Of a DNA stretch of 64,000 nucleotides, positions 37,416-51,163 are shown piece by piece (position 1 is the first letter of the stretch; each line of letters starts with the position of its first letter). Source of the stretch: Chlorokybus atmophyticus (Eukaryota > Plantae > Mesostigma and Chlorokybus algae). The stretch spans positions 181,206 to 245,205 of the forward strand of contig RHPI01001202.1 of assembly GCA_009103225.1 (NCBI GenBank), given 5' to 3'. The notes below the pieces were generated by a model that was given only the letters and a program-made list of their open reading frames with translations, made no database searches and was not told where the DNA came from. The translations under genes were made by a program, and so were the position numbers.

Positions 37416-39306
37416 ATGCCTGCCAGGATGGTGGTGGAGGAGGACGACGGCGTGCCGCTCAGCAGGAGGCAGGCTCAGCACGCATTCATGCAGGTGGGCT
37501 AGGGCTAGGGTCGGAGTCAGAGCGAGCAAGAAGAGCTGAGATGGTTTGTGAGAGTGTGTTTGTTGCTCAGATGATGATGGCGAAGGGTCATCTGAGTGAG
37601 CTGGAGGCCATCAGGGTGTTCAGAAAGCTCCAGCCCAATGAGAACGGTACTGTCTCAAAGGCAATTCAGCTTCATGCTTATGTCAGCTTTAGAGTGCGAA
37701 TAAAACATGCAAAGTCTTCGCATTGCAGAGAGCGAGTTTGACAACTTCCTCACGGAAGTCAATGTCACCCTGAACATGGTCAGCTTTGAGGTAAGTGTAT
37801 TGCAATGGGGACTGCCGTAAATCTTGTTCTCAACATGGTTGCACAGTTGTGGTGTGAGTGGTTGGATAGATGATGTTGTTGATAACCAACGCAGGTGAGG
37901 CGCACGATTTGGCAAGAGGACGGCAACCGCTATGTTGGGCTCGCCAACACCGTTGTCGACGACTATTCAAAGCTCGGCACTAGGCTGCAGATCAATGAAA
38001 TCGCGTTCTTCCGTGCCATTGTAAGTGCGAGCCCACTTGCTCTGCGTGCGTGTGCGCATGCGAGTACACATGGGTGTGCGTGTACGCGTACATATAATAG
38101 TGCTTGAGTATGTGTCTGACATACATATACACATACACACATACACCCACACAGTTCTGCTGTTGCATATTGAGTATGTTGCTTGCAGCTGGAGAGAATA
38201 GCTCTACATTCCAACGGTTTGGGGGACATGTCGCTTGATGATGCAGTGGAGATGCGCATGGATCAAATCGCTGCGGCTTCTGCTGTGGGTGCCGCGGATG
38301 GCTCCTCACAGCAGCCGCAGGCCGGACAGCTGGCGAAGCTCACCGAATCGCAGAAGCAAGCTGCTATACAGAATCTCATCGCGGACGGATGGCTGCATTT
38401 GGACGACTTCTCGCGGATATCCATTGGGGTATGTATGCCTGCTGTATTTGCGAGTAGTTGGTGGAGCATTGTGTTGATTGTCGTGTATGTGTGTTGGTTG
38501 TCGCAGGTGAGAAGCTACGTTGAGCTGCGCAACTGGCTGGAAGGGCTCGACATCCCCGAGTGCAAACACTGCGAAGAGGTTGCTGTCAAGGTGGGTGGCA
38601 TGCTCTGGTGTACTTGTGCGACTGTGTGCGTGCGTCTGTGTTCTGCCTTCAAGTGCAGTCTGCTTGAATCAGTCCGTCGGTGTTTGTTCTGCTCGAGTGT
38701 CCACCAGCTCTCACGATAAGACTCCTCAAACTGACAATGACCTGAGCATGCCGTCCGTGGTCATGAACATTACTTACCGAGCCATAAGCCAATCGCTATA
38801 CTTGGGTTTGGAGCAAGTTGAGTCTTAGGGCTACATCAAACGTTGCCCGTTACTCCTGATTTCAACGGGAGTGACAGGACAATGCTGTTGCTCCTGGCTT
38901 GCCCCGGTCAATCCAAGTGCTTATCTTCTACAACCAGTGCCTGGCTCGCTTTTGCTGTCCTGTTCCGTCTCCATGTCAACACGCATAATTGGCCTTTGTA
39001 AGTGATGCTATATTAGTAACAACCCAGGACTGCATTGCAGGCTCAGATCTGCGAAAATCGTCACTGTGGCTTGCGCTACCACTGGTGAGAAAGCGCATCA
39101 TCGTGTCTGAACCCCAAGTTGTGTTTGCCATTGGTACAGATGCGCATTGCCACTCATACCAACAACCACCTCCTGGCAGGCATTGCGCCGAGACGTACTT
39201 CCTGGGCGGCAGGCACGACAGCTGTCCAAAATGTGAAGAAGCGTGGCTGGTGGATAACATTCAGCAGAGAGTGCAGGCCTCCCAACAGCAGAGCGCTGCC
39301 TGTTAG
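37416..39306 (+). CDS. NSE1: Non-SMC element 1 of the SMC5/6 complex (winged helix plus RING-like domain)
   Basis: Spliced reading HAFMQ|MMMAKGHLSE...|ESEFDNFLTEVNVTLNMVSFE|VRRTIWQEDGNRYVGLANTVVDDYSKLGT...|...QAAIQNLIADGWL...IG|VRSYVELRNWL...CKHCEE...|AQICENRHCGLRYHW|HCAETYF...CPKCEEAW, matching the NSE1 layout. Confidence 0.9.
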
Positions 39307-39985
39307 TGAGCCACACACGCCTCCCGTCTTCTTAGAATATAGTATAGTAATCGCCTAGTATGTATATAACAACAACACGGGCTCCGTGCGTACAGCGCGT
39401 GTCTCCGCTCTTTTCACCCTGCTTGCGGGTTAAGCGGGTGAAGATAATGTCGCTGTTTCTACATGCACGTCAGCATTTCAGTCCCACTGCTGCGAACACA
39501 TTTGGTGTGTGCGTGTACAGCTGATCACATCAGTACTTGCAAGTAGATAATCTTGATGAGGTTCTGTTGCGGTGTCTTTTATGTTGTTTAAGCACAAAGA
39601 CAGCCAACAGCGATACTGCTGTACTTTGGTGCGTACTGGATGAGGGTGTGGGTCAGAGACCAGTAATAGCTGTAAACTTTGTAACCCTGTGTAAAGTGTT
39701 GTTGGATACAGTGTTGCTGGCTGTGCATAGGCATCGTGTGACTTGGTGCAATGTTCTTACATGTTGCATGTGACACTTGCGGATGTTAGGGTGTATGCTT
39801 AGTTATTTGCACAGCAGTGTCTGTATGGAAGCGCCAAGTGTGACCATAGTGTGCTGAGACACTCACTATGTCTGCACTACTGAACAAGTGCAACCCGTGG
39901 CAATAATTGACCCAGAATGTCATTGGCACAATGTACACGTTATATTTGCACTGCAGCCACTGAGTATCATTTACAGTAACACCAG

Positions 39986-39987
<2 letters not shown>

Positions 39988-40047
<60 letters not shown>

Positions 40048-40081
40048 CTACAGGAGATGTATACGAGAGAGAGAGAGAGAN

Positions 40082-40152
<71 letters not shown>
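39988..40152. repeat. (GA)n microsatellite in two tracts, containing one N base
   Basis: Seen directly; a spacer of about 19 nt separates the tracts. Confidence 0.98.
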
Positions 40153-40154
<2 letters not shown>

Positions 40155-40594
40155 TGCAATCTTCAGGAGATGTACCACAGCATCCATACTAGAGTGAGCT
40201 AAAGCATGTCGAAGGAAAGGCTGGTTAGTTTTTCTACGCAACAAGGCTGCAAACAGCTACACAGGTAGCTATGAACCTCAGGAGCAACAAAAGTTATCTC
40301 TAAACGGCATCAATTGTGTCCTGGACGTTACCCTTGGGTAACAAATCACTACATGCACTCTGCTATACAGTACAGCTAACGGTACACTGGCAAACCGGCC
40401 ATACTAACCCAATCTAATCTGCTGTGTCAACTCGGTCTATGATGTACAGAACTAACGTCACTTGTGTCCTACGCCAAGCCTGCATGCAACCGTACTATTG
40501 TCAATGTATCTTCACAAACACGAAGCAGAGCCACATGCCAGGAGGGTAAAGCTTTACCTCACATTGAACCCACTACGAAGCCATCCTTGTTGCT

Positions 40595-43396
40595 CTACGA
40601 ACTTGCTGATCCCGTTATGTCATCAACGCTGTTGTCGGCTGATGAGAGTGCAGCCTCCGCAATGGCAAAAGGAGCCGACAGCGGTTGGCTACCAACCTGA
40701 GCGAAATTCCCACTGACAGGAATCCCCATGTTGCTCATACTTGTAGCGTTAAGCGAGTCAAGAAAAGAGCTGCACAACGGGAGGGGCACACCAACTTAGT
40801 ACGCCGCAGTATGCATGTGTGTTCCTCAAAGTGGGCAGGCACTCACCGAGGCAGTGAAGCAAACGCACTCCCCGAAAGTCCCATAGAAGATGCATTCAAA
40901 GCCGACACCAGGGAGTCAATCTGGCCACTGACAGGACCAGACAGAGGTTTTGATGTCGCGCTAGCAACAGCCACCTGCAAGGCGTGTTCGGCCATCGCAG
41001 CATTGTTGACAGCAGCCTGCACATCATTGATACCGCCGTTGCTGAGTGCCACTTGAACGGCAGCCTCAGCTAATGCTGCATTGGACACAGCGGCCTGCAC
41101 TTCAGCAAGTGCGACGCTCTCAATGCTTGCACGGGAGTAACCGGACTGGCTGGCATCCATGGTTGCCATCTGCAGATTAACCTGCGCAGCAGAGGCAGCT
41201 TGCGCTGCATATTGCAAATCCCTTGCCAGCGCCTGTGGTGGCGTTGAGTTACTTAGCGGGGCAAAAGTGTCCGACCGCAACTGCCCATTGCCGGCAGCGG
41301 CAGCAGCGGACAGTGCAGCCATCTGTGCTAGTGGCGTGTTGGCCAGACCAGGTGTGTTCAGCACAAGCTGTGCTGCTTTCGGGTTGACGGTAGAAAGGCC
41401 CAGGGAGCTAGTATCATAAGATGGGGCGGTAAGCTTCTCGAGCAGCAAAGTAGTTGCATCCGGCAGATTCCCCAGCTGCTGCTGCAGCTGCTGGAACTGT
41501 AAAGTGCTGAACTCTGCACACACACAACACCAGCATCAGGAAGCTGCTGGGCAGAAATGCAAGATTTCAAAGTAGGATTAATGATAGCATACCTGCTCCA
41601 CCCATACCACAACTAAGGATGCCGTTGTTGCCATTCTCTGTGGCTGCAAGGACGGATGCCATCATTGGAAGGGAGCTATTCGTGTCCATGTTACCAAGTG
41701 CACCAGAAGCAATCAAGTTTTGAAGCGACACCTGCACACAAATCGTTTGAGCTGCGTATGCATGGTGGCTGCATGTCTTGTTAAGAGATTGTCACGCGGT
41801 GCACTTACTTGCATAGCATTGTCAGCAACTCCAGCAGGCATTGGCGGCATAAAAGCAGATGCAGGATTGGGGTTGGAGAATGGTGCAGGCCCTAAGCATA
41901 GAGACATCCCAATCTTGTCATTGGGCTGAATTGCAGATGGTAGACCATAAGCAGCAGATGAAACGCCAGGGTTAAAGTCGTTGCACTTGGGACTGGCCTT
42001 CTTGTGTGCAACAAGATTGCACTTAAATGCAAACTTCATACCACAGGAGCATTGAATGAGCGCTCCGCAAAGCTTCTCGTGATCTCGCAAGTCAACATCC
42101 ACGTAGAACCGCTTGCCGCACTTACTGCAGGCATGGTTCTGCCCACCGACACAATGTCAGACTCGAGGGCCTGTTGCAGTCCCATGCCTCATGCTTGCCA
42201 GAGACAGCCACATGCAATGGGCACGTGTTGACATACCTTCTCTCCCTGTGAGTGCTTGCGCCCATAATGTCGTCGCAGCTCATACAGGCCCACAAACGTT
42301 TTGTGGCAGGTCGGGCACTTTGATGCAATCTTTTTATTTTTGCCTGCTTTGAGACTGCTGGAATCACCTAACCGCGCCTTCATCACCCTCTCCCCCGACA
42401 CCACTGCAAAACGCTAGAGTTCAGCCTTATCTGCCGGACATGTGCCATGCTCTCAACAGCAGACAACAACACATCAGCGCAGCAAGGAGCTACCTGGATC
42501 TGTCTTCAGCTCCCCATTATGAGTGCGACTGCGCTCATCACCAGCATGTGTCTTGTGATGCATGCGCAGGGTTTGCAGGTTCTGTCAATCGCACAAGTCA
42601 TGAGTACTCGGCCTCAAGAACACAACAGGACAGGCATGCAAGCACTGTACCACTGAGTAGCACAAATGCTACACAATCCATGAAATGCAACACCTGCATG
42701 TCTCACCTTGAAAGACTTCCCGCAGTTGTCAAACTCACACTTGAAAGGCCGGCGATCCTGAATGAGGTCGACGGGAACAACAGCGGCAATGTCAGAGGCA
42801 GGTGCAGCATGGCGGGGTGACTGAGCAGGGCTAGCCCGCTGCGGCTGAAAACTTTGCTGCCTGCTTGTGTGCGTGCTCGACGGTGACAGCGGCGTCAGCT
42901 GCGAAAGAGTCTGCCTTGTCACCCCCCTGATCCCGTACAACGGTGAAGGAGCTTGCAAGCCACCAGCAGAGCCAAGTGCGCCCATGGGTGGGCCAACCCC
43001 TGTCCCCATGGGGGTGAACTGCGAGAGGGGTGGGTTATACGTAGCCGTGGTGACATCCATGGAACGCGAGACGGGACTATGGTGCTGCTGCTGCTGCTGG
43101 TAATGATGGTAGTGTTGCTGAGGAGGTGCGAACAGACTGTGCCCAGGGAACCAACTGCTACCTTCACCACTTCCAAAAGTTCCCTGCTGCTGATGGTGCT
43201 GATGACGGTGTTGGTAGGGCAACTGCGTGAAGAAGGGTGAAGGCAGCGAAGAGCTGTCAGAAGATTGAAAGGAAGGAGGAGAAGAGCCTACGGGCAATGC
43301 TCCTGGAGGGCTTGTCTGAAAGACCACCCTGCCTCTGCAAATGGCACTCCCGCTGATGGTCGCACTGTCCCCGCCTGCCGCCCCCGCCAACTCCAT
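40595..43396 (-). CDS. C2H2 zinc-finger transcription factor with a WIP/STOP1/IDD-like four-finger array, about 7 exons
   Basis: RRPFKCEFDNCGKSFK|NLQTLRMHHKTH; KCPTCHKTFVGLYELRRHYGRKHSQGEK|NHACSKCGKRFYVDVDLRDHEKLCGALIQCSCGMKFAFKCNLVAHKK. The C-x2-C...HEK.CG...CSCG..F pattern is typical of WIP/STOP1/IDD proteins. Flanks are low-complexity Q/H/S/A-rich. Confidence 0.85.
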
Positions 43397-45277
43397 GAGC
43401 AGTCGTTTTCACCCATGAATGGTGTGAATGGTGCTGGTTGCCTGCTGTGGCCAGCTTACCACAAGCTCACCTAGGCCAAGCTAGACAACGAGTAGTAGCA
43501 ACCTTGCGCAGAACAGTCAACTGTACAGCAGCAACAACCGACCCTTCTAACCCAATCCTTCGTTCAGCAGCCAGCCAAGGTAAAGCGGAGGCTGACAGAA
43601 CGGCCCTCTCGGCTACGCCTGTGTACCAGAAGCTGCGCCAACGACAACGCCGCCCACAACACCAGCAATACCCCACCGGCAATGCACCTCGCCGCCTAGC
43701 ACCTGCACAGCCGACAACAGAGTACCGAACTTTAGCTGACCTACTGATGAGCAGCCTAGCTCTATATGTAGTGCCACTATGGCATGCGAGCTGCTCCGAG
43801 CCGACACACGTACTACCGACGATATTAGTGCAGCCAGTTGCTTTGCCACACAGAAGCTTTGCTTTACTCAAAAGCAGAGCCAGCCTAGCCTCAGTAGGGC
43901 AAAATCTCGGTGTTTGTGCCTCTAGCTCCCCGCCCCCTCCCACCGGCCCACCACCTGCCTGGCTGCTTGCCTGCTCCGCTGAGTTTATCTCATCAAACCT
44001 AGAGAAGAGAAAGCCGTGACAATGATCAGTTTGGTCAGTTCGCATTGCGTTCAATGCCACCAACATCAATGTCAAGCGACTTGGAGACGTAACGCCAGTT
44101 ACGGCATGCGGTTTCTCTGCATGCCCGAACCGTGTCTGCTGCTTGCGGAAGTGCGCTGTGTGTAGGGGAAGCAGGCAAATCGGCAGCTGGCCGTCAGTTG
44201 GCTGGATTGTGGCCGGATTCTTAGGCAATCATTCCGGCTCAGCGACCGGCAGAACCGATATGGCCCAGCATGTATCAATGGGACGCGTGCTTTTAGTTTT
44301 GGTCAGAGCCTGGATGAGATAGGAAACTTGAGCCGCGGATTGCTTCCGATTCTCTCCAGTTGACGTAACTACACGGATGACGCGATGAGCTCGCCGCAGT
44401 ACTGCATCTTGAATGCCATCGAATGGTGAAGGTGGAAGTCGATCCCATTGCTCTGTCAGACTCGCTTTCAGCTTTATGGTAGGGCCTGATACGGCCCATG
44501 AAAAGTTTTGCCCTGGCCCTGTCGCAAAGAGTTCGTCGACATCGCTCTGCGACGCAAAGTCGGTTCAACCAACGCTTTTTGTCCGGGTCCGCCAGCCGCT
44601 AGGTGCAGTACCTACCCACGCCTGACCTAGGTCACCGCATTCCCCTATCTCAAACGATACTGAATCGACAAGCAATGTCGATCACTGTCAAGACCGGTGG
44701 TGCTGTGTTGCAAACAGCGACCTCACTGCAATTTGATGAGACTCATCCCCGCTGCGCAAAGTACCATAAGCATGGCCTGTTCAACCTGCAAACTTCTGCC
44801 GGACACAGCAGCAAGCGCCAAAACGTGCCGCCTGGAGAGTAGCCTTGGACTCATCGGTTGTGTGCCGGTTGGCAACTTGTGACCTATTTGCCAGTATGGG
44901 TCTGCTATGTCCGGCAGCCTCCGGTTAAGGCATTACGACAAGGGCGTAACGATTCCTAAGCTGGAGGCCAACACAATCGGGAACAACATCAGTGCCACGT
45001 GGTGATCTTCCAGCGAGATGTCCCGCGCTTTCCCTGCGGCCAGGAGATCCAGTTACGCCCCGTATCCGTGGCCTGCTTTAGCGTAATAGAAAGTCCTACT
45101 ATCCCTTGTGGCCTTTCAATCACATTGGGTCCTTGAACCGGATCCGACCCCAGCATCAGGGTCAGTACCCAGTTGGGTCCTTTTGCTTAATTCTTGAACC
45201 CAATGCGGGCTCTTAGTAGTGGCTGTGCTGTTGTTGTCTGCGGCGGCGGCGTTGGCGGCGGGAAGGACGTTGGGAGT

Positions 45278-47192
45278 ATGGATGACGTCGTGGCTCTTGT
45301 TGACTATCTAGACAGTGACGAAGAAGGAGCTTGCGGCGATGGGAAAGCAGGAGATAGCCTAGCAGCAAGCCCTAGCGCAAACCCTAAATCTAACCCTAAA
45401 CCTAATGCTGCTCAAGCGCTGCCGGCGCTGCCAAGGGATATTATCAACCTGTACACCGCTGATGGTGAGAGACTGTCAGCTGCTGCTGCGTCGTGCACCT
45501 GTTTGTATTTTATTAATCACATGTCAAGCAATCTGTTTACGTCAGTCTTGTGCATGTTGCTAGACGCAAGTGCGAAGCATCAGGGCCGCAAGCGCAGCTT
45601 TGCTCATGTGGAGGGGAACTTCGCCGTCCACGTTTACATTCCAGGTTTGGCTACTTATGCTTTCGTGAATGGCTTTGATCGTGTGTTTGTGAGGTTGGTA
45701 TTGCGAAGATTGGTATGCGCAAATGCTTGTCCAAGACTGACATGTGGCTGTGTGTGCGTCTTGTATTGATGCTTGTATCAACTTGTGTTGCAAGTCTACA
45801 TGCGCACACAATAACATGCATGCCCGCATGCATACACAGAATGCATGTGTGCATGTGTATATGCATGCATCAACACACATGCAGGCAGCATTGGTAAGAA
45901 ATCGTCTTCTCCTTCTGATGCTTCTGCATGTGTGTGTACTCGCGCGGAAGCAGGCATTCACGCACATAGCCTGGTGACACTGCTGTGCACTTGATATGTC
46001 ACTGATACGCAGTACTATGCAACCTTTGCTAACACACGGCGTCGGTCATTGCATCCGCACAGCTTTGCTTTTGCCGCGGGAGCGTGAGAGGATTCAAGCC
46101 TTGACACGAGACATATCCGCAGCCGCGCCAGGCATACTGCCAATGGAGGCAGTGAGTGTTTGTCATGTAAGCCTATCTCGCACCATCGCCGTGCGATATC
46201 CGCAGATTGATTCCCTGGTGGCGGCTCTCAGGCGCAACTTACGGAGGCTGCAGAGGTAGGGTTGGTGCCGGTCAGCTTGCAGTGGTGTTTCACGCAACAG
46301 ACTGACTGTGTATGTGCGAGCAGATTTTCCCTGGAACTCGATGTCAACCGGCTAGTGCCTTACGTGAACGACGATAGGTCGCGCTCCTTTCTTGCCATAG
46401 ACACCTCAGACGGCACTGCCCAGGTATGCTCGCAGCATTCATCCTTGGAGTATGCGTATACAGCAGGGCTGTTTGATAGAGCACATTAGCATGTGGCAAT
46501 GGTTCATGTGTCGCTCCAGGTGTGCAGCATGGTTGCTTGCGTGGACGCTGCGTTTAAGCTGCACGGTCTGCCAACATTCTATGAGGTAACGTATGGTTGT
46601 GGTGTGCTCGCTTGTTGCAAGCTAGCAAGCCAGTCAGCACCAAGCTGTACTCCCGTTCTGTAATGGAGTTCATTCGTCTCTTTGGTCGGCTTAGAAACAG
46701 TTATTTGCATGTCAGTAAAAGGCCATACACGTTGCAGCACTGCCCCGCTGTTGCCTTTCCTTACAGCATGTCACACGTCTTGCATGTCTGCAATGATTCG
46801 GCAGTTTGATTCTGTGCAACAAGGGGTTGCGTGTAGCATCCAACCACTATGCATCGCTGCCCGTGCAGATCAGGTGTTGCATTGGTAGGTTAAGCACTCA
46901 TCTACATGCGCGTCTTCATTACGTCCAGCTGTTGTGTGCTAGGATTGCTGTCTGTGTTCTGTTATCTCACGCAGGTTACGCCATGTGTCTAACTCATGTG
47001 TTAATGTGGATCCAGAATCCGAGGCCCCATGTGTCTGTGGCATGGGCGTTGGGCGATCACGAAAAGCAGTGGGCTGCCTTGTGCGCCAAGCATGCGCGTG
47101 CGAGGGATGCTGCTGTTAGGTGGCGGGTAGTTGTCGACCGCGTGGAATGTACGATTGGACAGCGAACACACACTGTGTGGACCGCACAGTAG
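45278..47192 (+). CDS. USB1: U6 snRNA phosphodiesterase (2H family), 6 exons
   Basis: ALVDYLDSDEE; HQGRKRSFAHVEGNFAVHVYIP; first HxS motif CHVSLSRT; VNDDRSRSFLAI; VDAAFKLHGLPTFYE|NPRPHVSVAWALGD (second HxS motif). Confidence 0.93.
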
Positions 47193-48946
47193 CTGGTGAG
47201 GTTTTGCATTGAGAACGGCCATTGTGTGAAGCATGCCGACCAAGACGGCTCGTGCACGGACCATGTTGTGGGACATTCACAGGACGACATGGTGATGTTG
47301 TATAGTGCGCCACACACAAATGCACGGAGGGAGTATGACACTGAGGCGTGGTCGTTGACGGAATTTTGTGGATTTCCGTGGTGCGGATGGATTGCCTTCC
47401 GCTGTGCGGATGGATTGCCTTCCGCTGTGCCTGCTCGATTTAGCAGCGACGTCATTCAATCATGTGGCAAGGTATGCATGAGTGCACGTATCTGACGTTT
47501 GTAATATCATTTGCTGTTGACAAGCCCCTGGCAGAACTGTTGGAAGGGAATATTCGGTTGTTCCTTGTAATCACCATTGACGTTGTTGAGACGCACTTGG
47601 CTGTCATGGTAGAAATTGTCTGCCTCGCTTGGGCTGACCAGTGGTGCTTACGGCCTGGTCAGCTCAACAAGGATGCTGATGTGCTGGACAGCGATGCGCC
47701 CATCACCACTTGGTAGGTACAATTGTTAAAGCCTATTTTCACCACTTGATGGATCATTCTCTGGGGTGTGGGGAGGGTTGGCTTAATGTAACACACACTA
47801 CTAGGAAGGTGTAGTAGTGCATGCAAGATCATTTCAAGAGCAAAAGTTGTCATCTTGAGATGATATTGCATCCACTTGTACATACCATGCATGGTGGACA
47901 GCAAGTAGTGACCAAGGGTTTTGGATATGGCTTTTATCTAAGCTATGTGCATGCGTGCCTGCAGTGCAGGGTAGCGACGAGGTGAAGGGAGAAGGGCAAC
48001 CACACTTGGCAAGCAGGGGTGGGTGAGTTCAGCTCTTGGGCCGGCAATGACAGGGATGTGTTGTTTGCAAACATGTGGTGGGCTGTGCATTACTATGGTG
48101 AACCTTACAACCCCTGGTCGTCCCCCACTGCGACGCTGCGGTGTGGCAACACGTCACAACACAACGACCTTGCAGGCGGCTAGGGCTTGGGTCAGCGTTA
48201 AACGTGTCTGGCTCTGAGCTGGCGATTGAGCAATCACCGAGTTTGCATATTAAAGTGTAGCATGTTTGTGTCCAAGAAACACCAGTGGTACACACTGTAC
48301 TAGCAATTGCTAGCACGCATTCCCAACACACATGCCATGGGTGTGTGCGAGATCGCCTGGGGGCACCAAATGCTCCTCCCGCATTTCGCATTGCTCACTC
48401 AGTCAATGGTACTAATGCTACTGTTGTTATGTCAGTATTTTTATTGTTGCTCCGACTGCGCGACTCATCTTGCAACCCCCGCACATCTAAATAGATATCA
48501 GACCACACTCTTGGTTGGTCAACTCTCATGGCAACGTGTATATACAATTGTACATGGGGCCAATACAGCGATAGTTACTCACTACATTGTGTGTTGTCCG
48601 TTTGTAAATGGTTACGTGCCCGCTTGTGCTTTGCATGCTTGGGCTATCACAATGCAATACCATACCCTATTTGACAACACCCTATTCACACCCATCACAT
48701 TGTAGCGCGACTATGTACAGCACCACACAGCGCTCGTGTGGGCAGGTGACGGATAACATGTACGCATGTATGCATGCTTGATGGGGAGGTCTCAGGTAGT
48801 GTAGTTGGTGAGATGCGTACCAGCAGCATGTGATAGCCGGGTGGTGGTGTATGGTAACATGCTGACATGGTTGTGGCGGTGCTGATTTTTAAGTCATGCA
48901 TGCTTACGACTGCATATCCGTGCACATCATGTACAGCATAACACAA

Positions 48947-51163
48947 CTACGGCACCATCCAGGCAGCGCCAGGATCCGCAGCAGCACTCAGCGCGCCATC
49001 GCCCTCACCGCCAGTAGTCACCCGATCGCCTACTCCGATGTCAGCACTGCATCCACCTCCATGGTCGGCGGGATGGGCGCCAGTCCGGTTTGAAAGCAAG
49101 CTCACTAGGCTAGACGTTGCCATGTTGACTTCTCAAACCATGTACGGCAGTGTCCGCATGTGCAACGTAGAGCAAGCTCTTTGTGCGTTACATAACCATG
49201 CTCACAGTCAAACGCTGTCAAAACACACACACTCCTTACACACCCAGCGCACAACAACACGACAGGGTTTGAGTAGTAGCAGCTGCATGTTGCCGCTGCG
49301 AGACTGCATGACAAAACTGTAAACAGACAGAGTGCATCACTGTCTACAGCACTACGCTTTGCACAGGCACAGCTGGCTTTTTATTGCATTCATCTACACA
49401 CTGCACAGTCATAAAGTACACACCTATCAACATTATGTACAAGTCCCAAGCAACAGCGTACCTATCACACGTGCACAGGCACAGCTGCGTTGTTCGCAGC
49501 CACTGCGTTGACGATCAGCGGGCGCGATCGCCGCCGCTGCCGCAGGCTCTGCTCGGTACGTCCGGCCTCCAACGGGCCACGTGTGCGTGCGGCAGCCGTC
49601 CGCAGCCAGTCTTTGATGTACTCCGGGCACGCTTCGCTACCGTCCGCAAAGTCAAACAGCCAGAAGCGGTCCCGCTCGTCCCGCAGCAGCGACGCCGGCA
49701 GGCTGAAGTATGGGTCGCGCTTTGTGTCCAACAGCGCAGCGTACGCCTCGTCTGCAAAATGGCGCACGATGCTGCCCCATGAATACAACATCAGGGTGAG
49801 CGACGCAATGGTGCGCAAGAAGAAGGCAACACGGTTGCATTCTGAATGTTGATGAAACGAAAGCCACAAACTCGTCCTTGTATGACCAACTAGTGTACTG
49901 CACTACACTCTTTGCCAGCGACAAGACACCCACCAAGGATGCCGTGTACTGCTGCTGGAGTTCAGCATGTTAAACAAAAGAGCCATAACAGTGCAACACA
50001 TCAAAGACACGCTTTGCACAAGCGCCATAGTGCATTAGTGTTTACTGGTTGACAGGTTTGCTCAGCATGCCAGTCAAACCTACGGTCGCTTTATGTCAAC
50101 CAACAAGTCCAGGAAGGACATACCTGCGCATGCAGGCGCTGTGGCTCTTGTGGCGCGGGAACTCCACCTGGAGCCAGCGGTAGACGCGCAGCAGCTGGCG
50201 CATGCAGGGGAGGCGCAGTGGGGCCGTGCACGTGTATCGCGCGTACAGGCACGCTGCCGCCCGCACCGGCAGCTGCTCCGCCGACAGCAGCAGCGCAAAC
50301 TTCTTCACCGCCGCTATCGGAGCCAACACGACACCGCCACAGGACGACGACACCAACATGTCCTCCTCGCACAGCGGTCGGAAGAACAACGCGTACTTCA
50401 CAAGGGATGGCACAGTTTCACAGTTTTGTCCCATCGGCACGATCGACCTGTGTGCGAAAGCTTTGTGTATACCAACTTATACACACGCACACGCATATAC
50501 ACATGCACACGCACACGCACACGCACATGCACACGTCCACTGCTTGGGGCACGTTCTCGTACCTGACACAGCGGTGTACGCGTTGGGTCACGTGCTCCAT
50601 GTTGGCATAAAACAAGCCAGAGCGGCTCGCTGATGTGCCAACATTGGTGTCATCATCGTAGTATCCAAGAGCTCGGGCTGCCCGCGCTTCCGCCATTATC
50701 CGTCGCCAAAAGAGTGCCTCCCAAACAGCATCATCCGCACCCAACACATACCACTCCTTGCATGCCTGCGGATTGTTGAAACAATCTATCACAAAAAGTA
50801 TGCATTGTGTTCAACAAGCACAACAACTGCAGCATTCCCACACACCAGCATGCAGTTGAGGAGATCGGAGGCTGAGAGGCTGCCCAGGCAGAGACGCATG
50901 GGATCGAGAGGGAGCGAGGTTAGACTGAGGGGTGTTGTTGTTATTGTTGTTGTCACTGTTGTTGTTGATGACAACAATGATAATGTCGATGTTGTTGATG
51001 CGGTCTGTCTCAGCGAGACCTGTGCGGAGTGCAAGGTGTGAAACAGAATGCGCGCGATGCGGCTATCTTTTGGGTCTGCGTGGAGCTCAAACGCTGTATT
51101 GCTAGTCAAAGGACAGCTGGCATCTTCCACAAGCCCTGAGCAATCCGGCTGGCCACCCTTCAT
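48947..51163 (-). CDS. F-box protein with an uncharacterised C-terminal region; last exon or exons uncertain
   Basis: LTSLPLDPMRLCLGSLSASDLLNCML|ACKEWYVLGADDAVWEALF is an F-box motif split by an intron. Further exons at 50447-50124, a micro-exon near 50055-50020 and about 49855-49468. The stop could be at 49465 or 48947. Confidence 0.7.

Noticed and set aside
39786-40244. ORFs with (LS)n or (ER)n runs
   Set aside because: They are translations of the (GA)n microsatellite.
43467-44228. 253-aa minus-strand and 193-aa plus-strand ORFs upstream of the C2H2 gene
   Set aside because: No domain signal and no splice link to the zinc-finger exons; treated as leader or promoter sequence.
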